The notes beneath the pieces were generated by a model, which saw nothing but the letters and a program-made list of their open reading frames with translations, made no database searches and was not told the origin of the DNA. Both the position numbers and the translations under genes were made by a program. Shown here in pieces: positions 10,205 to 18,047 of a stretch of 29,562 nt of DNA (position 1 is the first letter of the stretch; every line of letters begins with the position of its first letter). Source of the stretch: Candidatus Scalinduaceae bacterium (lineage in GTDB: Bacteria > Planctomycetota > Brocadiia > Brocadiales > Scalinduaceae); assembly GCA_046759445.1 (NCBI GenBank), contig JBHICG010000042.1:1-29562 (forward strand). The letters run 5' to 3'.

Positions 10205-10375
10205 ATGATTGATAAAGAATTGTTGGAGATACTTGCTTGCCCGCTTTGTAAGACGGAAGTAAGGCTTGAAAACGACAAGATAGTTTGTACAAGTTGTGGT
10301 AGAAAGTATCCGATAAAGGATAATATTCCAGTAATGTTAATTGATGAAGCAGAGTTGCCGGGGGATGATAAATAA
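10205..10375 (+). CDS. Trm112/YcaR family small Zn-finger protein (56 aa; not in the ORF track)
   Basis: MIDKELLEILACPLCKTEVRLENDKIVCTSCGRKYPIKDNIPVMLIDEAELPGDDK*; LACP.CK, CxxC and YPI.D.IPVML are family hallmarks; GAGG upstream. Confidence 0.9.
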   Translation: MIDKELLEILACPLCKTEVRLENDKIVCTSCGRKYPIKDNIPVMLIDEAELPGDDK

Positions 10376-10648
10376 TACACACAGGAATTTATCATCGACC
10401 AGATTGGAATATCGCAAGTTTTTTGGATATAGTTAAGGTTAAACCATAACCAGTAATTATCTTGGGAAGGAAGGACATTAGAGATTTGTTTTGTAATAAA
10501 AAGGTATAAATATTTATCCTGCCTTTTTTATCCTGATTATAATTGTCACTTCTGTATTCAGTCATCTTTTTTATAACCAGTAAAATGTAATATTGTATTT
10601 GTAAATTTCTAATTGATGAGTTGATAAAAGAGTTTATGGAATAGATAA

Positions 10649-12373
10649 ATGGATAAGAAAGCAATATTGGCCTTTATACTTTGCGCGATAGTAATGCTCT
10701 ACATGCTTCAGCAACTTCCACAACCAATACAGCCAACGGAGGTGGAGAAAAAAGAAGATGTTGCAGAAAAGGCTGTTGAAAGAGAAAAAATAGAGCCGGA
10801 GAAAGAAATAATTACGGCAGAACAAGAGGCAAGAATTAAGAAGATTATTCAAGAAGAAGTAGATTTGCAGGACAACATAGTAATTCAAAATGATTTGATA
10901 AGAATGGTTTGGACTAATGAAGGTGCTGCATTAAAATCTGTTGTATTAACTAAATTTAAAAATCCAGAAAAAATAGAGGTTTTAGAATTACTTAAACCTG
11001 CCAGAAAAGATCAATTACCTTTAAGCATAGAACTGCTGGATAAAAAATACCAGTTAAAGACTCGTAGATATAAGGTGATTGAGAGAGAACAGGATAGGGT
11101 TGTTTTTGTTATTCTCCTGGAGAATGGCCTTCGGATAACGAAGGACATATCATTAAAAAGTGGACAGTATTATCTTGATATGGTCATAACCTTGGAAAAC
11201 ACAATAGATTCGAATATTGATACGTCATATTCAATAACTTCTGCGAGTGGTATCTATCCAGAAACAGATTATATTACTGGCCTTGCATCGGTAGTGGGAA
11301 TAGATGTTGGGCGAGGCAAAGTAAAACTTATACACACAACGGCTGAAGACATACCTTATAAAAATGAATCTGTAGGCATATCATGGGCAGGTTCTGTTAA
11401 TAAATATTTTGCGGCGGTATTAAAGTCTTCATCAAGTGAATGGATAGTTAATACAACTTCCGAGTCAGTTGAAAACCCAGATCCATTTTATAAGGATGAT
11501 TTTATTGTAAATTTACAAACAAAGAGGATGACTTTATCACCTCAAGGTGTACGACGACATGATTATGTCTTCTTCCTCGGGCCTAAAAGGGGAGATATCT
11601 TAAAACAATGCGAGGGTCTTTTAACGCTTTTAGATTATGATTATGGAATGACAAGATCTATTTGTAAGATACTTATAAAAATATTGAATGGCTTTTATAA
11701 GATTATCCCAAATTATGGAGTTGCAATACTTCTGCTGACTGTTTTAGTAAAGCTGGTGCTTTTTCCTTTAACAAGGAAGAGTCAGATGTCAATGTACAAA
11801 ATGCAACAACTCCAACCCCTTATTGGTCAACTAAAGGAGAAGTACAAGGGTGATAAACAGAGGATGGGGCAAGAGCAGATGAAGTTGTTTAAACAATATG
11901 GGGTAAATCCAATGAGTGGTTGTATGCCAATAATGCTGCAAATGCCTGTGTTCTTTGCCTTATTCAGGACACTTCAGTCCTCCTTTGAAGTGAGGCAGGC
12001 TCCTTTCGTATCATGGATTAATGATTTGTCCAAACCAGACACATTAATACAACTACCTTTCAGCATTCCGATTCTTGGGGATGGGTTAAATATCCTACCA
12101 ATAATAATGGGGATTGCATCATTTGTACAAATGAAACTTACTCCAAAAGCCGTTACAGGAGATGACCCTCAAGCAAGGATGCAGCAGAGAATGATGCAAA
12201 TGATGCCTATTATATTTCCTTTCATACTTTACACATTTCCTTCGGGCCTTACCCTTTATTGGACAACCAGTACATTGATTAGTATTGGTGAACAGATGCT
12301 CATCAGAAAGAGCATTAAGAAGGTTGATATTTATTATAAGGGGAAAAGGATAACTAAGGGCAAGGCAAAATAA
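10649..12373 (+). CDS. yidC: Membrane protein insertase YidC
   Basis: N-terminal TM, large periplasmic domain, NYGVAILLLTVLVK..LFPL, YGVNPMSGCMP..LQMPVF, WINDLSKPD, PSGLTLYW. Confidence 0.96.
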   Translation: MDKKAILAFILCAIVMLYMLQQLPQPIQPTEVEKKEDVAEKAVEREKIEPEKEIITAEQEARIKKIIQEEVDLQDNIVIQNDLIRMVWTNEGAALKSVVLTKFKNPEKIEVLELLKPARKDQLPLSIELLDKKYQLKTRRYKVIEREQDRVVFVILLENGLRITKDISLKSGQYYLDMVITLENTIDSNIDTSYSITSASGIYPETDYITGLASVVGIDVGRGKVKLIHTTAEDIPYKNESVGISWAGSVNKYFAAVLKSSSSEWIVNTTSESVENPDPFYKDDFIVNLQTKRMTLSPQGVRRHDYVFFLGPKRGDILKQCEGLLTLLDYDYGMTRSICKILIKILNGFYKIIPNYGVAILLLTVLVKLVLFPLTRKSQMSMYKMQQLQPLIGQLKEKYKGDKQRMGQEQMKLFKQYGVNPMSGCMPIMLQMPVFFALFRTLQSSFEVRQAPFVSWINDLSKPDTLIQLPFSIPILGDGLNILPIIMGIASFVQMKLTPKAVTGDDPQARMQQRMMQMMPIIFPFILYTFPSGLTLYWTTSTLISIGEQMLIRKSIKKVDIYYKGKRITKGKAK

Positions 12374-12399
12374 AAATTCATTTCCCGTAAATAAAAACT

Positions 12400-13833
12400 A
12401 TGACCTTTAACCTCAATGATAATATACTGACGATATCCACGCCCACCGGCAGGTCTCTTAGAGCCATTATCAGACTCAGTGGCAAAGATGTCTTTGGTTA
12501 TTTGCAAAATTATTTTGTGCCTGATGATTGTGAGACGATCACGTATGAGAAAGGTTTTCGTTCTTATGAAGGGCACATTTATGTTGAAAAGGAAAAGATT
12601 AATGTCCCCTCACATATCTATGTTATGAAATCTCCAAATTCGTATACAAGAGAAGATATAGTTGAAATCCATACTTTTGGTTCACCTCCATTGCTTGAAA
12701 TGCTTATGGAGGCAATACTCGCATCAGAAAAAATGACTGACTGCAAAATATGTAATAGTGAGGAGGAAATAAGTATTAGGGTTGCAGAACCTGGAGAGTT
12801 TACTAAAAGAGCTTTTTTAAATGGAAGAATAAACCTCACAGAGGCAGAATCTGTACTGCATATAATACGTTCACAGACAGATTCGGAGTTGTCAGTTGCT
12901 GTTTCAAATTTAAAAGGGCAACTGACACAGTTTATGAATGAAATTCAAAGGGAGCTAATAGATCTCTGTGCTAGGATAGAGGCAGCTATAGATTTCTTTG
13001 ATCAGGATATTGAATTAATCTCATTTAAAGAAAAAGAGAGACAAATTGAGCATATGAAAGAGAAATTGAGTAAAATTATTGAAAAAGATCAAGTATCAAG
13101 AATTTCTTATGACGGTATAAAGACTGTTTTTGTTGGCTTGCCAAATGTTGGCAAATCAAGTTTGTTTAACAAACTATTATATCGTTCAAAGGCAATAGTA
13201 ACGCCAATCCATGGTACAACCAGAGATACTTTGAACGGAGACATAAATTTGGAAGGCATAAATTTTAGTATTATTGATACTGCAGGAATTATGTATGGGA
13301 AGGGAGAATTGAAATCTATAATTATGAAGAGAACGTATGATGTTATAGAACATGCCCAAATAGTCTTGTTCGTTATAGACGGGAGTGTGAAACTCTGCGG
13401 AGAACAAGTTGAATTCTTTAATTCCATAACTACGAAAAACAAGATAATCATTATTAATAAGAGCGACATGTTACGAAAGGTTAATTACAAGGATTTTCCC
13501 TTGACGATGAGAGCATTTCCAATAGTTAAAACATCTGCGCATACGGGTGAGGGAGTAGACAAGCTAAAAAAGATAATTGTTGCAAATATCCTGCAAAAGA
13601 ATGTTGACACATACGCTTCAGGCATAGTTTTTACAGTTAGGCAAAGAATAATACTTCTTCGAGCATTTGATATATTAGAGCATATTATTGATTCCTTAAA
13701 CCATGGGATAAGTCATGAACTTATTGCTATCGACTTGAGAAGTTTGATAGGCACCATTGGTGAAGTTACGGGAGAGGTAATTACAGATGATATACTGGAT
13801 ATAATTTTTTCAGAATTCTGTATTGGCAAATAA
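12400..13833 (+). CDS. mnmE: tRNA U34 modification GTPase MnmE (TrmE)
   Basis: SYTREDIVEIHT, AEPGEFTKRAFLNG, G1 GLPNVGKS, GTTRD, DTAG, NKSD, and C-terminal FCIGK. Confidence 0.96.
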   Translation: MTFNLNDNILTISTPTGRSLRAIIRLSGKDVFGYLQNYFVPDDCETITYEKGFRSYEGHIYVEKEKINVPSHIYVMKSPNSYTREDIVEIHTFGSPPLLEMLMEAILASEKMTDCKICNSEEEISIRVAEPGEFTKRAFLNGRINLTEAESVLHIIRSQTDSELSVAVSNLKGQLTQFMNEIQRELIDLCARIEAAIDFFDQDIELISFKEKERQIEHMKEKLSKIIEKDQVSRISYDGIKTVFVGLPNVGKSSLFNKLLYRSKAIVTPIHGTTRDTLNGDINLEGINFSIIDTAGIMYGKGELKSIIMKRTYDVIEHAQIVLFVIDGSVKLCGEQVEFFNSITTKNKIIIINKSDMLRKVNYKDFPLTMRAFPIVKTSAHTGEGVDKLKKIIVANILQKNVDTYASGIVFTVRQRIILLRAFDILEHIIDSLNHGISHELIAIDLRSLIGTIGEVTGEVITDDILDIIFSEFCIGK

Positions 13834-13861
13834 AAATTCAAGATATTTTTTAGAAATTTGC

Positions 13862-13890
13862 TTGACATTCAATATGTTGTATGTTAGGTT
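13862..13890 (+). promoter_or_regulatory. Putative sigma70 promoter of nrdR-nrdD-nrdG
   Basis: TTGACA (13862-13867), 17-nt spacer, TAGGTT (13885-13890) with extended -10 TG. Confidence 0.7.
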
Positions 13891-13913
13891 TCATCACACT
13901 ATATATGTTGATA
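13867..13913. promoter_or_regulatory. Tandem NrdR boxes
   Basis: attCAATATGTTGtat (13867-13882) and actATATATGTTGata (13898-13913) resemble the consensus acaCwAtATaTwGtgt; offset is 31 bp, the spacing typical of tandem NrdR boxes; directly upstream of nrdR-nrdD. Confidence 0.78.
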
Positions 13914-13954
13914 TTGTAGCTTGCATTTTGTGACTAGGTTAATAAATTGCATTT

Positions 13955-14452
13955 ATGCAGTGTATATTTTGCAAAATTGATAATGATAAAGTTATAAACT
14001 CGAGAGCATCAACGGATGGTTTAAGTGTAAAACGAAGACGTAAATGTTTAAATTGTGGTAGAAGATTTACAACATATGAGAGAGTTGAAGATAGTCCTGT
14101 AAGGGTAATAAAAAAGGATGGTAGCAGGGTAAACTTCGATCGTAATAATATACTCACTGGGTTGCTCAAGGCGTGCGAAAAAAGACCTGTGTCAACCGAA
14201 GCGCTTGAAAACATTGTTTCTGAAATAGAAAAAATCATATATGATAAGTTTGAAAGGGAAGTTGAAACAAAATTTGTTGGTGAACTTGTTATGAAGAAGC
14301 TTAAAATTCTTGATAAAGTGGCTTATGTTAGATTTGCATCAGTATATAGGGAATTCAAAGATATAAATGAGTTTTTTAATGAGTTGGAACCCTTAGTATC
14401 TTCTAAGAGAGTAAAGAAAAGTGATAGAAAAAAGAAAGGGGAGGAGCAATGA
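13955..14452 (+). CDS. nrdR: Transcriptional repressor NrdR
   Basis: MQCIFC...KVINSR...RRRKCLNCGRRFTTYE Zn ribbon, ATP cone VIKKDG..FDR, and VAYVRFASVYREF. Confidence 0.97.
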   Translation: MQCIFCKIDNDKVINSRASTDGLSVKRRRKCLNCGRRFTTYERVEDSPVRVIKKDGSRVNFDRNNILTGLLKACEKRPVSTEALENIVSEIEKIIYDKFEREVETKFVGELVMKKLKILDKVAYVRFASVYREFKDINEFFNELEPLVSSKRVKKSDRKKKGEEQ

Positions 14453-16824
14453 CAATAGAAGTAGTTCAAAAGCGTGATGGCAGGTTAGTGCCTTTTGATG
14501 AAAGCAAGATAACGGATGCAATATTCAAGGCGGCAGAAGCTGTTGGTGGTGAAGATAAATCTATTGCGATAGAGCTTGCAAGTGTTGTGATTCATTTTTT
14601 GCAAAAAAGATTTTGTGAGAAAATCCCGGGAATAGAAGATATCCAGGATTTAGTTGAAGAAGTCTTGATCAAGAATGGGCATGCAAAGACTGCGAAGGCT
14701 TATATATTGTATCGAGAAAAAAGGGCCAAAATCCGCAAAAAGCTTCGTGTTAGAAAGCAGACTAAGAAGAATAAAAATACTACTGATGCCGCATTAATGG
14801 TTGAGCAGATTACGAAAGATGAGTCGCTTCCTTGGGATAAGAGGAAAATCATGATAGCTTTAGAAAAAGAAGCTGATTTGCCGGTAGAAATAGCTCAAAA
14901 GATTGCAAATGCTGTTGAAAATCGTATTTTTACTTCAGGCCTGGATAGAATATCTACATCGTTGATTCGTGAGTTAGTGGATAATGAGCTCTTTGAAAGA
15001 GGATACAATGCGAAACTTGAGAAACAAACTACTTTGGGTATGCCAAAGTATAATATTGACCAACTTATATATTCAAAAAACAAAGAAAATAGTAATATAG
15101 CATCCAATAATCCTGAGGCAATTAACCTTGCTGTTGCCGAAAATACTTTGAAACAGTATGCACTGCAAGAAGTGTTTTCTAAGGATGTTGCAGAAGCACA
15201 CATCACGGGGATGGTTCATATCCATGACCTTGGTTATCCAACCAGGGTGTATTGTTCGTCTCATTCTCTTGAATATCTAAAGAAATATGGATTGTCACTG
15301 GAAAATTTGGATACATCTTCTGCGCCTGCTAAACATGCAGGAACGCTTACGGGTCATCTGAACACATTTCTTGCTTCTATGCAGGCATATTATGCAGGTG
15401 CGTTGGGAATAGGTTATATTAATATAATGTATGCGCCATATCTTGAAAAGATGAATTATGATGAAATGAGGCAGGAAGCCCAGCATCTTATCTTTAGTGG
15501 TTCACAAAGCGCTTTTTCTCGTGGAGGGCAAACGTTATTCCTGGATTTTAACATACATACAGGTATACCAAATTATCTTAGAAAAATTCCGGCTATAGGC
15601 CCTGGTGGTAAACCCACAGGTAAAGTGTATGGAGATTATGACTTAGTTTCACAGAGATTTACAAAAGCGATGTTAGATGTATGGCGTAGTGGTGATAGAT
15701 ATGGGCATGTATTTGCATTCCCCAAATGCGATTTGCACATAAGTGCTGATACTTACAATGACCCTAAACAATACGAGCTACTTGAGTATGCTTGTCAGAT
15801 TGCTAGTGAAAATGGAGTGCCGTATTTTGTTTTTGATAGAGATGAAATAACTTTGTCGGCATGTTGTAGGCTGAGAACGACTATTGAAGATAATTATATG
15901 ATTGACCATCCCGAGAGTATGAGATTTTGTGGATTCCAGAACGTTACTGTAAATCTTCCTCAAGCGGCTTACCGTGCTGGTAAAGGGAATTTTAATGAAC
16001 TTTATAATGAGATTGATAAGGCTATAGATATTGCTATTAAGGCACATCTTCAGAAAAAGAAGTTTATTAGCAGGCTTATGTCGGGTCCAGAAATGCCCTT
16101 ATGGGAAATTGGCAAAAAGGCGGCTGATGGAAGGGTTTACGTTGATTTAGAAGCGGCTACTTACATTGTTGGTATTATAGGCTTAAATGAATGTTTACAG
16201 TATATGATCGGTAGAGAATTACATGAAGGAGATGATGTTCTTAAACTTGGTTTGCGAATCATCTCTCATATGTATTTTAGAGTAAAGGAAGAAGGTAGAA
16301 AATACAATTTGAAGTTTTCGCTTGAAGAATCTCCTGCTGAGAGTGCAAGCAGGAGACTCGCAAAGGTTGATGTTAGAAATTATAAAGAAGCTTTAGAGTT
16401 GATTAAAGGTAACATTGAGAAAGATGAATATTACTATACAAATAGTGTTCATTTGCGTCCTGATGCACCTGTAGATATGATTACAAGGATAGATGTACAG
16501 AGTAAGTTTCATAGCATGATCGAGTCTGGCGCAATAATACATGCGTTTGTAGGTGAGGAGAGACCTCCAGCCTCCAGTATTATGAAATTGGTTAGAAAGA
16601 CATTTGAAAATACACAGGCAGCACAATTAACCATATCGCCAGAATTCACAATTTGCAATGAATGTAACCAAGTTACTCCTAGATTAGTGGATGTGTGTAG
16701 TTTCTGCGATTCATCAAATTTTTATGGAATAAGAAGGCGTGGATCTCATGAAGGAATCAACGGGTGGGATAAAACGAGGATTCAGGATTTGGTTGATAGA
16801 TACAAGGAGAATTATAAATTATAG
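14449..16824 (+). CDS. nrdD: Anaerobic (class III) ribonucleoside-triphosphate reductase with two ATP cones and an atypical glycyl-radical loop
   Basis: ATP cone VQKRDG..PFDESKI; HIHDLG, VYC, SRGGQTLF, FAFPK, ACCRL finger loop, EESPAES, YYTNS and CxxC...CxxC Zn site; ATGA overlap with nrdR. Confidence 0.93.
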   Translation: MTIEVVQKRDGRLVPFDESKITDAIFKAAEAVGGEDKSIAIELASVVIHFLQKRFCEKIPGIEDIQDLVEEVLIKNGHAKTAKAYILYREKRAKIRKKLRVRKQTKKNKNTTDAALMVEQITKDESLPWDKRKIMIALEKEADLPVEIAQKIANAVENRIFTSGLDRISTSLIRELVDNELFERGYNAKLEKQTTLGMPKYNIDQLIYSKNKENSNIASNNPEAINLAVAENTLKQYALQEVFSKDVAEAHITGMVHIHDLGYPTRVYCSSHSLEYLKKYGLSLENLDTSSAPAKHAGTLTGHLNTFLASMQAYYAGALGIGYINIMYAPYLEKMNYDEMRQEAQHLIFSGSQSAFSRGGQTLFLDFNIHTGIPNYLRKIPAIGPGGKPTGKVYGDYDLVSQRFTKAMLDVWRSGDRYGHVFAFPKCDLHISADTYNDPKQYELLEYACQIASENGVPYFVFDRDEITLSACCRLRTTIEDNYMIDHPESMRFCGFQNVTVNLPQAAYRAGKGNFNELYNEIDKAIDIAIKAHLQKKKFISRLMSGPEMPLWEIGKKAADGRVYVDLEAATYIVGIIGLNECLQYMIGRELHEGDDVLKLGLRIISHMYFRVKEEGRKYNLKFSLEESPAESASRRLAKVDVRNYKEALELIKGNIEKDEYYYTNSVHLRPDAPVDMITRIDVQSKFHSMIESGAIIHAFVGEERPPASSIMKLVRKTFENTQAAQLTISPEFTICNECNQVTPRLVDVCSFCDSSNFYGIRRRGSHEGINGWDKTRIQDLVDRYKENYKL

Positions 16825-16891
16825 TTAGAAACTGTTCAGAGAATTTTTAAAGAAATCTTAGTTAAGATAAGATTTGTTTTTGAGCGAAAGT

Positions 16892-17626
16892 ATGTCTATA
16901 ATGATAAAGGGTTTTATTGAAAACAGTTTAATAGAGTGGGAAGGGAATATTGTCTCTATTATCTTTCTCCCACATTGTAATTTGAGATGTCCATATTGTC
17001 ATGCTACACATTTAGTTAGAAAGCCCAATGAGCTTGAAAGTATTCCATTGGAAGTAGTATCAGGAAGAGTAGAGCAAAATAAAGGTTGGTTAGATGGTGT
17101 TGTTATTACGGGTGGGGAACCGACGTTTCATGAAGATATAGATATGCTCATAAAAGTTTTCAAAGAGATGGGTTTAAGGGTCAGGGTAGATACAAATGGT
17201 ACGAATCCCAATAAACTGGAGGATTTGATACAAAGGGAATTAATCGATTGTGTAGCTATGGACATAAAGGCTCCTTTGAGGGAAGAAAAATATAGAATGG
17301 TTGCGGAAGCTCCGTGTAATGTATCTGATATTGAAGAAAGCATAAGGATTATAATGGAAAGTGGAATAGAATACGAATTTCGCACTACGGTTTGCCCTGC
17401 TTTTTTAGATGAATTGGATATTATTGAAATTGCTCAGAGCATAAGCGGGGCCAGGAAATATATTTTACAAACATTTAAACCGAATAATTGTTTGGATAGT
17501 AGTATGTTAGATGTCATACCATACTCAGAGGACAAAATTAAAGGTTTTGCAAAAAGGGCAAGGAGATTTGTGAAAGATTGTTATGTTAGAGGCGAGGAAA
17601 TGAAGGCCTTGAGCTGTAATTGGTGA
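16892..17626 (+). CDS. nrdG: Anaerobic RNR activating protein (radical SAM)
   Basis: CNLRCPYCH, GVVITGGEPT, DTNGT, MDIKAP and YEFRTT; follows nrdD. Start is probably ATG 16892 or 16901 rather than TTG 16874. Confidence 0.92.
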   Translation: MSIMIKGFIENSLIEWEGNIVSIIFLPHCNLRCPYCHATHLVRKPNELESIPLEVVSGRVEQNKGWLDGVVITGGEPTFHEDIDMLIKVFKEMGLRVRVDTNGTNPNKLEDLIQRELIDCVAMDIKAPLREEKYRMVAEAPCNVSDIEESIRIIMESGIEYEFRTTVCPAFLDELDIIEIAQSISGARKYILQTFKPNNCLDSSMLDVIPYSEDKIKGFAKRARRFVKDCYVRGEEMKALSCNW

Positions 17627-17674
17627 CTCTTCAAGATATTTTGGTCCTATTTGCCTGAAAGGGGGTGATATAAT

Positions 17675-17848
17675 ATGGCGGTGAAAAAGGCTTCTCGTAA
17701 GAAACCTGCAGCAAAGAAAAAAGCAACTAAGAAGAGTTCTTGTAAGACAAAAGCAAAGAAGAAAGTAGCAAAGAGGAAACCTGCAGCAAAGAAGAAAGTA
17801 GCAAAGAGAAAACCTGCAGCAAAGAAGAAGACTACAAGGAAAAGATAA
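17675..17848 (+). CDS. Small Lys/Ala-rich histone-H1-like protein (57 aa; not in the ORF track)
   Basis: Strong RBS GAAAGGGGGTGAT, then MAVKKASRKKPAAKKKATKKSSCKTKAKKKVAKRKPAAKKKVAKRKPAAKKKTTRKR*; 25 K and 5 R, no acidic residue, three KPAAKKK motifs. Confidence 0.85.
   Translation: MAVKKASRKKPAAKKKATKKSSCKTKAKKKVAKRKPAAKKKVAKRKPAAKKKTTRKR
17753..17829 (+). repeat. 33-bp coding tandem repeat (2.3 copies; unit AKKKVAKRKPA)
   Basis: GCAAAGAAGAAAGTAGCAAAGAG(G/A)AAACCTGCA twice, plus a partial third copy; the only difference between full copies is synonymous (AGG/AGA). Confidence 0.9.
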
Positions 17849-17994
17849 ATTCTGTTTAGGCCAATTATTAATAAGCTAAACAGGAAGGGAGTTAATTTTT
17901 AATCTTTTTGATATTACCAGCAAAAGGCTTTGAGAGTTTGTAGATGCACAGTTTAAGATTTACTTTTGGGACCAAATATCTTGAGAGAGTTAAT

Positions 17995-18028
17995 GGAGCG
18001 CCCCGATAATGGGACGCTCCTTTTTTTT
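17995..18028 (+). terminator. Intrinsic terminator
   Basis: GGAGCGCCCC-GATAAT-GGGACGCTCC hairpin (9 of 10 bp paired) followed by T8. Confidence 0.85.
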
Positions 18029-18047
18029 AAAAAGGGTTTGAGCAATC

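Larger units (their letters stand above)
17624..17992 (+). repeat. Long-range inverted repeat (arms 17624-17649 and 17967-17992) enclosing the histone-like gene
   Basis: TGACTCTTCAAGATATTTTGGTCCTA pairs with TGGGACCAAATATCTTGAGAGAGTTA: 23 Watson-Crick pairs, 2 G-U pairs and one single-nt bulge per arm. Confidence 0.85.

Noticed and set aside
10162..10888. Three chained minus-strand ORFs (10162-10395, 10392-10664, 10634-10888)
   Set aside because: Antisense to scpA, Trm112 and yidC; AT-driven composition and no family motifs.
16726..16824. Frameshift or intron hiding a canonical RxxGY in nrdD
   Set aside because: Both alternative + frames stop within a few codons and have no RxxGY, and the conserved W..K...DR tail is already in frame.
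17753..17829. CRISPR-like repeat
   Set aside because: Copies are contiguous with no spacers, in frame with a coding sequence, and no cas genes are present.
17624..17992. tmRNA, RNase P RNA or 6S RNA (size and paired ends are suggestive)
   Set aside because: No tRNA-Ala-like ends (GGGG.../...CCACCA), no RNase P motifs such as GAGGAAAGTCC, too long for 6S, and the interior has its own RBS and ATG.
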